Positions 42,301 to 54,300 of a DNA stretch of 64,000 nucleotides are shown piece after piece. The stretch is taken from contig NMRA01000465.1 in the NCBI GenBank assembly GCA_002633005.1, positions 160,472-224,471 of the forward strand, given 5' to 3'. Source of the stretch: Phoronis australis (taxonomy: Eukaryota > Animalia > Phoronida). Numbering within the stretch: position 1 is the stretch's first letter; the number at the start of each line of letters is the position of its first letter. A model generated the notes under the pieces. It saw only the letters and a program-made list of their open reading frames with translations. It had not been told where the DNA came from and ran no database searches. Made by a program: the position numbers and the translations under genes.

Positions 42301-45300
42301 AATGCATTTAATAAACAAATTTGGATAGAGATCTGTCTGAAATATTGTAATGCAATACTGTTGTCACCAGCTTTCTTGCTTCATCCCCCCCTCAGGGCAG
42401 AAATAGCCCGCCCTTGATGTACACTTACCTTGTGGACATGGGTATTCCGGGGGGAACTCCTCCTTCATGCCATCTGGGCAGTAATATCCCGCTCCACACT
42501 GGGCTGTAGGGTCTGTGTTACCATTGCCAGCGCAGTAGTAGCCAGCTGTGCAGTTCATACAGTCGTCTAGGCTACGGCCCCCCGTGGTGTTGAGGAAGGT
42601 TCCGGGGGGACACTTGGTACCGCTGGCACTACCTGCCACACAATACTGGCCAGACGGGCAGGCATCACCTGCAGAGAGCAACATTTAGTCCGATTCAACA
42701 TGACTTACCAACGGGCAAGCGCATAAAAACTCATTCATTGATTTAAAAGATTCATTTTCACGGGCCAGTTTCAACTAAATATACTTAGTGATCAAGGATG
42801 ATTAACAGTTGAAGGACATTGTTGATGGTTATATTCGAAATAAGAAGTCCGCAGGCATTTACCATAAATGCTAATGGTATTTCTTGAAATCAATTTCTGC
42901 TATGCATATCCAACAAATGTAGCGCTTACCAGTAGTTCCATCAACAGGTGTCGCAACTGTGGCTTTGCCAGAGCAGTAGTAGCCTGCATCGCATGTTCCA
43001 TTGGGCGTGGCCAGCCCATCTTCAGCACAGTAAAACCCAGGGGTACATGGTACTTTGGCAGCGCTACCTTCTGGGCAATAGTAGCCTGGGTCACAGCGCC
43101 CTCCTTGGGCAACTTCGGTAGGCATGGACATCTGAGAGTTAGCAGTACAGAACCACCCAGCTGCACAATCACCAGTAGGTTCAGATAGGCCCTGAGTACC
43201 ACAGTATTTGCTGGAACAAACAGGCAGACATGAACGCATTTACTTTCAAAGTAATAAACAATGTCAACAATGCCTCTGTCAAAAAAATATTTGATCTATA
43301 CACTAGACAAGGCCATCGTAGCAATTTAAGATCATACACCCCATATGCAATTCCTCCGTCATTCAGTCAGGCATTCAGAAGGTCTACAGTCATGATGTGC
43401 ATCAACAACTGGAATTCTCTTGCAGTCTCTGTTAAGGAAAGCAACTCTTTTACGAGTATAAAAAATAATTTTAGAACTGTTTTTCAGAATTTTGATAACT
43501 CAACACCCTTGACTCAATTCTCCCTTCCCCGCGATAACGAAATAGCATTGTACAGAATCTGATCAAGATGCGGTCTTTTCCTCAACTCCGATAAGTTTAG
43601 GCACAACTTTAGTAATGTCTCTCCAAACTGTAAATGTGATGACCATCAATCTTATCCTCATGTTTTCTTCATATGCTCCCTCATCAAATACCTGAGAGAC
43701 TCACTCTTTCGTGCACTCAATGAAAACCAATCAATTGATAAAGCTCTCAATTCTTGTAATAATATCCCTACTAAAGTTACATCATTATTGAATGGTAGTC
43801 CTAACCTTGACCTTGTTCTCAATGAATTCCTCCTAAGCAACGTTAGCAAATTTTTATGAACCGTCTATCAATATTGTTGCTTCTGATTTCCATACATGAA
43901 TCTGTACATGTTTTTGTTTTTATATGTTCGTAATAGCATATCTAAATATTGGAATACTTATATTAAATACTACTTAAATGTATATATCTTAGATGTATAT
44001 TAGTTTCATTTATGAATTGTCTACAACCCAGATATAATGCTTCACAATTTCTGGGTTTGTCATTATTTCTTTGTAATGTTCTGTGTATTCTTCAATAAAC
44101 ACTTAAAAAAAAACTAGTTAATTCAAACATGCTTCGAGTACCACAGTATTGGTTAAAGCAAGACAAGCAGATGACTGGCTCGCACAACTAGGACTTGTTT
44201 CAATCATCCATTGAAATCTCCAAAGATTGAAATTTTTAGGCAGTCATTGTTAAATTACATGTGGAATTCATAGTATGTTGGTCTCAGATTTGACAAATTT
44301 CAAATAAATCACACTACAGGACCAAAATGAAATTATCTCTCGAGCCTGACAGTTGAGGACAAATGGCCATGTCTCTAACAAGCAAGTCTTCAGTGCTCAT
44401 CCACTATCATATGGCTGTCATGCACATACGGTCAATAAAACAGTCTATGACAGTCTTTACCCTGAAGGACATCCTTGACAGTCAGCTTCAGCGTCCTGTT
44501 GTGTTAGGTTGTTGAATGTCCCCAAAGGACAGGGCTTGAAATAAGCAGTCTCTGTCGCCAGAGGGCAGTAGTGTCCCGTGGGACAAGCAAAGGGCCAGGA
44601 CGTGTTGATGGTGCAGTAGAAGCCGGATGGACATGTCTTACATGACCACTGTCCTGTCTCGTTCTGGTATGTGCCAGCAGGGCATGCTTCGGGTGCGGCC
44701 GACCCTGTCGCGCACTTGTAACCTGTAAAGGTCACAGACGTTAAGGAGCATGCTTAGATACATGGCAATTGCTGTCACACGACAGACTGTGCACTACAAG
44801 CAATAACATACTATACACACAATATCAATCAACGACACAGTAATAAACTGTCGTCCACAAGACTGGGACGTGCTAAACACTGCAGCCACAACACGGATAT
44901 TGTACAGAACTATTAAGCACAACTAACGCACCTCACTGCAATTAATTAGTACTTCTGATCACACTGCAACACTCTACAACAATGTGCTTACCTGTAGGAC
45001 ATTCACTCCCATATGTCTGGTTGATGGGCGTGGCTGTTATAGACCCACCGCTACAGTAGTACCCCTGGTCACAGTCTGCTCCAGCTGCGGTCATGTTGTT
45101 TGTGGGACAGTATTTACCAGCGTCACACTGTTTACATTCAGACAGCGACTTCAACATGCGCGAATCACTGTGAAGCATAGGAAATATGTTTCAGATACAA
45201 ATACACTGTCTACTACAACTACACTTTATCACAAGTCACGCTATCAACACCAACCAGAAGGATAAACTTGCATTCATGATTCTCTGAAACACTTAACACA

Positions 45301-48300
45301 ATGTGAAGTGGAGCCAATGGTCAATGTTTATGCAAATGTAGAATAAAAATCACATTCAATACCGCATGTCACTCATGATATCTAGATGGAAACGAAACTT
45401 TGGCAGACTCACAGTCATCATACCAAGCCAAAGTATTTGAAATCTTTTTACAAACTAGCGTTCAGGGCACTAACTATTTGACAGTATTTGACAGTATTTT
45501 TGATAAATCAGACACTCACGCGTAAGTGCCCGCTGGACACGGTATAGGTCTAACTGAGCCCAGTGGACAATAGTTTCCTTTCGGGCACTGTCCAGTGTGC
45601 CAAAGATCATCTTGTGATGGTGTGGGTGTGTTCGCTCCATACATAGCAAAGTGACCAGCTGTGATGTTACCAGTGGGAGCAGTGAGACCTGAACAACAAT
45701 ACATTATGTAACAATAGACACATTAGAATGACTTTGTCGCCGCTTGATTTTCACCAGTGCAACCGATCGACATTGCAAGAGTGAGTTGACTGGAAACTAC
45801 ACGTGACAATTACAGCTTTTCAATGTGTTTGGATAGGAAAGTAATGCGCTCATCAGAGCAGCTAACAGTGAAGTTTTTAACATGGCTGTTCACACACAGA
45901 CAAGATTTCAAACAAACATATGACTGTAATAACGCGACATGTTTTCATTGCAATAACACTTAGTTTTAAAGGCTTAGCATGGTTCTCAAAAGAGGACTCC
46001 ACAAGCTCTGTGAAAATGTAAGCTGAGGTCATTGTAACAGTTGCACCATCTTTCACACCTCTTTCAATGAAGCGCACATTTCTGTTCAAGCATATAGTTC
46101 ATTTCTGTTCATCTAAACCCAGTTCATTTCACACTTTTTGTCTTCATGCAAAGTATTTTGTACAAACAACGGAAACAAAAATTCTTGATCAAAACTCAGA
46201 GGAAAAGATTCTTAAATATAAATAACTCAGAGTTAGTTTCTCATGAGGTCTGAAATAACTTTCAACGCAAGAAAACATTAGAGACAAGATTTTGCTTATT
46301 TTTTCTAACTAAAAATACAACAATGTAGAGATGACATACCAGGCGTTGCACAGTATGCGCCACCATCACATATCTGGCATTCACTGTCAGCAGTCAACCC
46401 ATCTCTAGCGCCATAGGTAGCTGCAAAAGCCGTGTCCACAGGGCAGGGCGTGGGGCTGACCAGGAGTATGGCGTCTGTGCTGGCTGGACAGTAAAAACCT
46501 GTAGCAGTGGATCACCAGCTGTTAATGTTTGACTCACTCTTTCCTGAACAGTCACTGTTAGCATTACAACAACAGTGAACCATCTGGCCTTCCACTTATC
46601 AACCATCACATTAAACAACATTTGGTTCCGATGCACGTTTAATTGTCACCCTTCTAATCCAGGTCTTTGTCTGGATATAATTTATTTAGGGTTTTTAACA
46701 CGAGCACTTAACGATCCTACTTGGTTAGTACATTGAAGTTGACTACATGTAAATGAGGTTAGATGAGTGGCTTCGATCTTGATTTACTGCTCTGAACTGG
46801 TGCTTAAGGTTAGAGGTAACCAATAAGAATCTTCAACCGAAGTGGCAATTAAGTATATAATTCTAAAACTCAACTTGAAGATGAACTACGTTTAACATAA
46901 GTGAATTCAATACAACTTGAGACCACAGAATAAAGATTTAAGCTAATTATAATTCTCTGAATGCTTCACACCCACCCAGTATCTCAGCACAAAGTAGACT
47001 CTACTTTTCAAGTCGTTCCATGAATATATCGCAATGTTCCTACATTATCAAAAGACAGACATACCTTGTGGACAGATCCTGGGTGCCTCGCCTGGCACAC
47101 AATGGAATCCAGCTAGACACAGCTTACACTCTGCCATTCCGGTGATGTTAGCGTATTTACCCGCAGCACATGTTGAAGGCACGTCTGTTCCCGCGGGGCA
47201 GAAGTGGTGCTGAGGACATATACCACCCGTTACGTTGTCCACAGGATCTTCAACAAAGGCACTTCCTGTACAGTAGTAGCCGGCCTTACAGTTACCTACA
47301 ATAACCATCATTGAATCACGTGAAACTAAACACTACAAGTGATAGGTATTAACAGTATTGAGCTGTTGCCTTAAGCGCTACAACGATCAACAGTAAAAGA
47401 TGGAGAGCACCCTGTCATGTGATTATGACAAAATCAGTCAGAAACAATAATTTTAACTTNTTGTCTTCTAGTCATTACTTCCTAATCAGTACCTTACTTA
47501 AGTAGTGAATGAAGAAGGGCAAACACTTCAGTTTTACAGCAACTTATAAATGACCATATCCAGGAGGCCGGAGTTATGGTCAGATTGGGTTGTCAAGATT
47601 TGAAACATTATTCATCTTATTAATTAATAGTACTCTACAATATCTCAGTAAAGAATCTTGATTGATCAAACACAGAAATTAACACAAATATGCCAGAGTC
47701 TAATGTTACTCACCAGATGGAGCTGTAAGGTTGGTAGCTCCACAGTATTGGCCAGCTAAGCAGGGTTTACAGTCGGACAGCGCCCCTCGTCCCCTGTCAG
47801 GGTTATAGGTGCCCCTGGGGCAGGCAATCATCTCAACCGTCCCCTCAGGACAGTAGAAACCAGCTGCACACAGGTCACCGTATGTTATGATGGTTTTGTT
47901 ACCAGACGGGTCATCATTGTACACTGGGTCACGTGATGTGGCTGACCCAAAACAAATGTGACCCTCTAAACACTTGCCAGTGGGCTCAGTGATACCGCGG
48001 TCTTCACAGTAGAAGCCTGGGTGACACGGAATGCAGTCAGACAGGGACTTGGCCGAAGTCCTGAAATATTATCAATAGAAAATAATGAAAGATTTCACTG
48101 GAGGTAAAACAACTCAAGTGCAAGAGTAAAATTATGTTAGTTTTAACTTATATCAGCTCAGTTATTCAAAGGAGAAATCAGATGCTCGAAGATTAAAATG
48201 TGATGCAGTTATAGGGCGTGGATAAACAAAGAGCAATAAAACAAGAATAAAGCCAGTTGGAAGCAAAACCAGATAGTTATGATCATTTCAATTTCGTTAT

Positions 48301-51300
48301 ACATGGAGCAGTGTTGTAGAATACTTACAGATTAGAGAAGGTGCCTGGCGGACAGTCCGAGGGTACATAGCTACCGTTGGTACAGTACTTGCCCGGGGGA
48401 CAGATGACATGGTCAGTCAAGGCTTTCTTGGGACAATAGAAGCCAGGTTCACACACAGTACAGGACGACTGTCTGTCATACGCCTGATACGTGCCAATCT
48501 CACATTGAGTGGGAGTTACAGAGCCATTGGGTGAATAGTAACCTGTGATAAGTAACACACTGGTCACAAGTCAGCAAAACATGAACATATTAACCTGTGA
48601 TAAGTAACACACAGGTCACAAGTCAGCAAAATATGAACATAACCTGTGATAAGTAACACACTGGTCACGAGTAAGCAAAATATGAACATAACCTGTGATA
48701 AGTAACATACTGGTCACAAGTCAGCAAAATATGAACATAACCTGTGATAAGTAACATACTGGTCACAAGTCGGCAAAATATGAACAAGCATCCATTTCAC
48801 ACATCAGTAACTTCTTAAATAAACAGCATTCAAACAAGGACGAACTTCCTAAATATTGGAAATATGTGTTAAAACTTAGATTGTGTTAAAACTCACAGCT
48901 TTCACATTTTACATAATGAGTTAAAATTCATAACTTTCACATTTTATCAAAGTAGTAAACCCAATATAGAGGTGGACTTCAAACCACTAAAGATAAGCAT
49001 TAACTGTGACAAATAGCACCACTTGGGCGAAAAACTTTCTCATTACTCAAAGTGGCCTCTTCACAAACTTGCAGAAAATCAACACGTTTGAGACGGTTTT
49101 CTAATGAGGGAACTTTTCCTTCATGAAATTGCTCCCATTGCTACAACTGATACCAAACTGTGACTATCAGTGGCACGCGAGCGGCTGTACAAGTGCCCTA
49201 CTTTCAACAATATTTTGTATCACTTTATGATTGAGACAGATCATGGAGATATGAACCAGTACCATGGAGTCTGCAAATCATTTGCTCAGACTTAAAGGAG
49301 AGTGCCAGCCAAAAACAAGTGAACATAGTTTGTATCAATTTAGATCGAGTAGCTCCACTCGATAACAGCAAGTACAGCTCTTTTACCTGACACCTGATGG
49401 CAGACGGAGGTGTTGAATTAACCAATATCGTTTGAATTCATCCTTTTACACCAATAAATCATCAAAATCCGGCGTAAAACCCTTACAAACACATCGAGTT
49501 CTTGAACAAACGTTTTATTTTGCTGTTATGGATTTATTAGGTATCTGAACGTACCATAGCCTACAATGTTCGGTAGGCCAATTTACTAAGATCGGTCACG
49601 GGAGTTTGGGGTCTGTTCGGTGATATATTCTAATTAATATTCTTCTGCAAAATACAGACAGGTGAACTGCTGTAATTTTAGATTATTTTGTGATTTTTTC
49701 ACTCCTAAACACACAAAATGCTTGTTATCCGCGTGCCATTGGCCAGGAACCCATTCATGCCCGTAGCGGCCAGACTGAAGGCAACACGAACATAAACCAG
49801 CTAAAGTTGGAAACTAAACTTCCAGTCACCAAGAGACTATACTAGTGAGCCAAAGAAATAATGTGCACATGATTATTTTAGCCGCGGAACTGCAAATCTT
49901 CTTGCTCCTCGGGGGCCGCGAAGTCAGGTTTCCCTTCCGTCAGGGCAAAAGTTGTGCAGTAACAATGATTGGAATAATGTGTAATAACTATGTATATCTG
50001 AATAAAGATTCACCCATAGCATACAAAATCATTTCAAGTTATTGTTTCACAACAGCTTTCTGTCAGCAAAGAGTGAATTACCATGTGCTCACACGGCCTT
50101 GGTGACCGGCCAACTAGCTTTATTGCATCTAAAGCTGGTAATGCAGTGATTTATTTGTTGCTGGCTTCTCAAAACATTTGCACTCATGAACACTCCACAG
50201 GCATTATAAATTGTATCTAATGAGACAGACTTTGACACTTTGTTTCAGCTTTATGTAAGCTTTGGTTAGGGTGAGAATAATTCATTTTGAAACCGGCCGC
50301 GCAGTAATAAACGTCAACATGGCAACTTACAATCTCGACTTAGACAAGTGCTCATCAGTCTCCTTTTCTGCCCTGGCATAAGCTGTTTGGTAAGCCGGCA
50401 TTCATCAGTGTTGACAAAATGCCAGCCACAGACACGTACGGAGATGTTTCACAGCCTCATACTTGGTATTAAGGGCGTACTTTACAATCTTCAATGCCGT
50501 GAGCCACTTCTGAAGCATTTTGGGCTCTCAAGGAAATCGAAAAAATGATATAGAAGTACCCGCTTTCCTTGCAGCTTCATAGTTCGCACAAGCGGCACTC
50601 ACTCTGCAGAAGAACCACTGACGTCGTTGCGTCGTTTACTCACCTTCCTCACAGGTTATCGGGACACCTCTCAGCGAGATAAGATTAACCGTATACAAGG
50701 TGTCGCGGATATAGACCCATTAAGACGGTAACAAACACTAAGTAAATCAGGTGGCATTCTCCTTTAATATCTGCACTCTGAACAAGAAGACACGCAGCTT
50801 GCAATTAGCACTCATAAAACCAAATGAGCAATTGCCACATGTTTTGCATTAAAAACAACCGTATGACGGCAAAATGTAAAACAAAAAATAAATTAGCTGT
50901 TCCTTTACGAGCACCTAACGAGTTTCGGATAAAAAAACTGGTAGTGATTGACATGATCGAAAGTCCAAACAAAGCCTTCTTCCATGAATTGCTTAGCAAA
51001 TGCACCAGTTATAGACAATTATTGACTTTCACACCCAGCCAATATGTTGGCTTCCAGACCTGAAAAATGAGACAGTGATTTTGGCTCCCATTTGGTCCTT
51101 ATTACATTGATTTTGAGGTCATATTGACCTAGGAGAAGATTAATAATTATAATAATATCTGCACCACCTTAATGCAGACTTCTATACCTGCTTCAGTCCA
51201 GTTCTGCCGTGGTGTCTTTGCTGCACCTATGCAGTAGTAACCTCCCCAACAAAGCCCCGTGGGGGCGCCACCCGACACCTCAGAGCAGTAGTAGCCAGGA

Positions 51301-54300
51301 TCACAGTCAAAGCAGTCGTAGTTGTTGACAGCACCAGTCACGTTACTATAAGTGCCCAGGGGACATGGCTTGGCCTCGAATGAACCTGCACAATACAACG
51401 GGCAAATAATGATTGGGAAACAGCACATGGCAAGCAGTTACGGGGGAAACTTCCTAAAAGTATGAGTATAATTTAAGTCTGACCACTCTACACTCACGCT
51501 GAGACTGAGGCTGGTGGAGGAAGGAGGCTCAGCCAATGATTGGTCAGCTCAGCCCGTTACCCCCACCTGGGCCTGTTAGCGCACAAAACACTATACAGCC
51601 ACTGACCTGCGACGCAATAACCACCAGCCGGACACAGTTCTCCAGTAGTGCCATCTGTTGGCCCTGATGTAGTCGCCCCTCTGTAACAGACATAGCCAGG
51701 GTCACATTCCCCTCGAGCTACCAGCAGGCCAGGGGCATCACAGTAGTAACCAGGGTCACACAGGGGACAGTCTACCATGGCTTGAAGGCCTGAAATAGAA
51801 GTGTTTTGCATTAGACTGAAGTACAAAAGCTATCTATGAATAATATTTATCATCAAAGTTCGAAAGTCAAATTTTTAAGGCAACCAAAAGCAAAATATTG
51901 AACAGTTAACATCAATTCTTTCAACAAAGTGTTGCAGAGATATGTCTTCATTGATGAACACTCAGTTTCAAAAACCTAATTGATCCAAAAACCTTTTCCA
52001 TTTTCAAATTAAAGTTTGCTAACAAAATAAGTAAACTTTGACAGATCTTGCCTGTTGGTTGCCATTGTTCAACATACTGATAGCTGAGCTTACTAGTAAT
52101 GTTTCAGTTAAAATTTGGCAACAATCAAATTTTGTGACAGAAGTTGTTTCCCACTAAACATTGATGTTCATTTTCAACCTATTTTCTGAATCCTCAACGA
52201 TTGAGAAATCTTGATTATTTCAAGCCTTAAAATGTAATTGTACAATCATCCGTAATCATGTCACTATCATTTTTTTGTGAAAATAGTCATGTTTCATTTT
52301 AAGCATGAATTTAAAAAAAAACAAAAATTGCAGGTGACTTGGTGAACTACATATATATCCTTTCTGTCACCATGCAGGGACAAGTCTCTCACACTTTTTA
52401 TTAGCCTTAAACAACAGAGATATCAGCCATCGAATGCACTATTTAAAAAAACATGCCGAATCTTTATTTTTGAAGGCCAATATTCCTGTTATCCCAAAGA
52501 AAAACAAAAAATGTAAGATACAGTTCCCTCTACATTAATTATGCATACAAGTAAAACTTTGATGTTCAAACCTGCAAAAAACATAAGAAATCAAAAGACC
52601 TGAAACTAGCCAATAACAATTTGCCACAAAGTGAAAACCCCTGAAGAAATACCTATCAACTTGGACATAAGGAGCGTGCTAAAAGAATAATTAGCAAGTA
52701 TTTCTGTGTAATATGTTAATAATGATTTTTGGAGCAAAGGACTTTCGTAAAGGTTGACAATTACCATAATCAGCATGCTGTAAAGAATTATTGTGATATC
52801 TCACATCTACCTCACTGTACAAACCTGTTACATTGCCATATCTCCCTATGGGACACGGCTCTGGCTTGGAGCTTCCATTGACGCAGTAGTAGCCACGGTC
52901 ACAGATGATTGGTTCATTAGTAGCCAATGGACAGTACTTGCCAGCTGGACACATGATGCAGTCAGTGATGTTTTTAGTGGCAACTACATTGGTGTACGTA
53001 CCCTCCGGGCAGGGAACCTAGCAACAGAAAGTAAAGACATTTTAACATACAATGCTTTAGGCTTCAGTCTTGGAATTTTGATACAGTGTGCATGGATGAA
53101 GTCATTTCAGCAGCACAACAGTCTACTTCAGGGCAAATCACACCAGACAAATCTATCCCTTCATCGCCAGCTATGGATACTGTACAAGGTTTAAGCAACC
53201 AAAAATCAAAAGTTGAGAGAAACATTGTCTTCCATTTACAGGTCAGAGTATTTAATAATCACTTCAGAAACTACAAATAAAACATGTTGTCATGGTAACC
53301 ATCAAGGCATCAACTACTTTTCAGTTTTTCATCTACCTGCCGTGGTCCAGATGAGCCTATGAGTGTTGGTTCGTTGCCATAGTTATTAGGCAGGTCAGTT
53401 GGGCAGTAGAATCCCTTCTCACAGTCGCCAGACACTACAGACACCCCCTCAGCACAGTAGTGACCGGCATAGCATGGCTTACAGGCTGACTGTACATCAG
53501 TGCCTCCCCGGTCTGGGTTGATAGTGCCCACAGGACATGGGATCTCTTCAACAGTGGCTGGAATGAACATACAAACATTAGAGTCACAAAACTGTATGAC
53601 GGTTACAGAAATAACCAACAATTGAGAAGAATCACCTAAAAAGGTTTTTAACTTAAAAGTTCTAGGCAGCAAGATGTTAAAGAAGCTGTGTGGTGGGAGA
53701 CAGGCCTATCACCTACTTACATCCAGCTCACTCCTCATATTGTCTATAGAATCATGTCCATTACTTAACCATCAACACATTCAAGCACTTATTGCCAGTG
53801 ACCAACTCCAAACCATGTTTCATGCGTTTCCCCCAACGTCCTCCAATTACAATTTAAACCCTGACACTGTCCACCCACATTGCGGCCCTAGAAGATATCC
53901 ACCCGATGTAGAATTCCTGCCCAGCCACCATGTAACACCCCGACACTGTCCATCAGTGGCAGATTTAGAGGAGGGCCAACAGACCCCATGATCCCCCTAA
54001 AATTTTCCCAGACTCCATTTGGCAGTTCGGGAGTGCAAATGTCTGATGGACAAAATCCTGGCTAATACTCTGCCCTGCCCCCCCNTCAGGACAATACTTG
54101 GCCATACAACAGTAGATGTTTCACTGACATCCTTCAACTGTCTCAGACACTGTCCACTTACCTTCAGGGCAATACTTGGCCACACTACAGTTAGAGGTTT
54201 CACTGACAGCCTTCAACTGTCTCAGACACTGTCCACTTACCTTCAGGACAATACTTGGCCATACAACAGTAGAGGTTTCACTGACATCCTTCAACTGTCT

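Noticed and set aside
43194-44150. 15-bp direct repeat as the LINE target-site duplication
   Set aside because: The copies lie about 20-30 nt away from the element ends and similarity extends further; better explained as a prior junction duplication.
48539-48786. Regular repeats resembling a CRISPR array (also 40200-40492 and 54086-54380)
   Set aside because: No unique spacers, no cas genes, and the context is eukaryotic and intronic; these are tandem duplications.
53954-54072. CAGTGGCAGATTTAG...AAAATCCTGG MITE-like relic
   Set aside because: Terminal repeats are too decayed to define and no TSD is visible.
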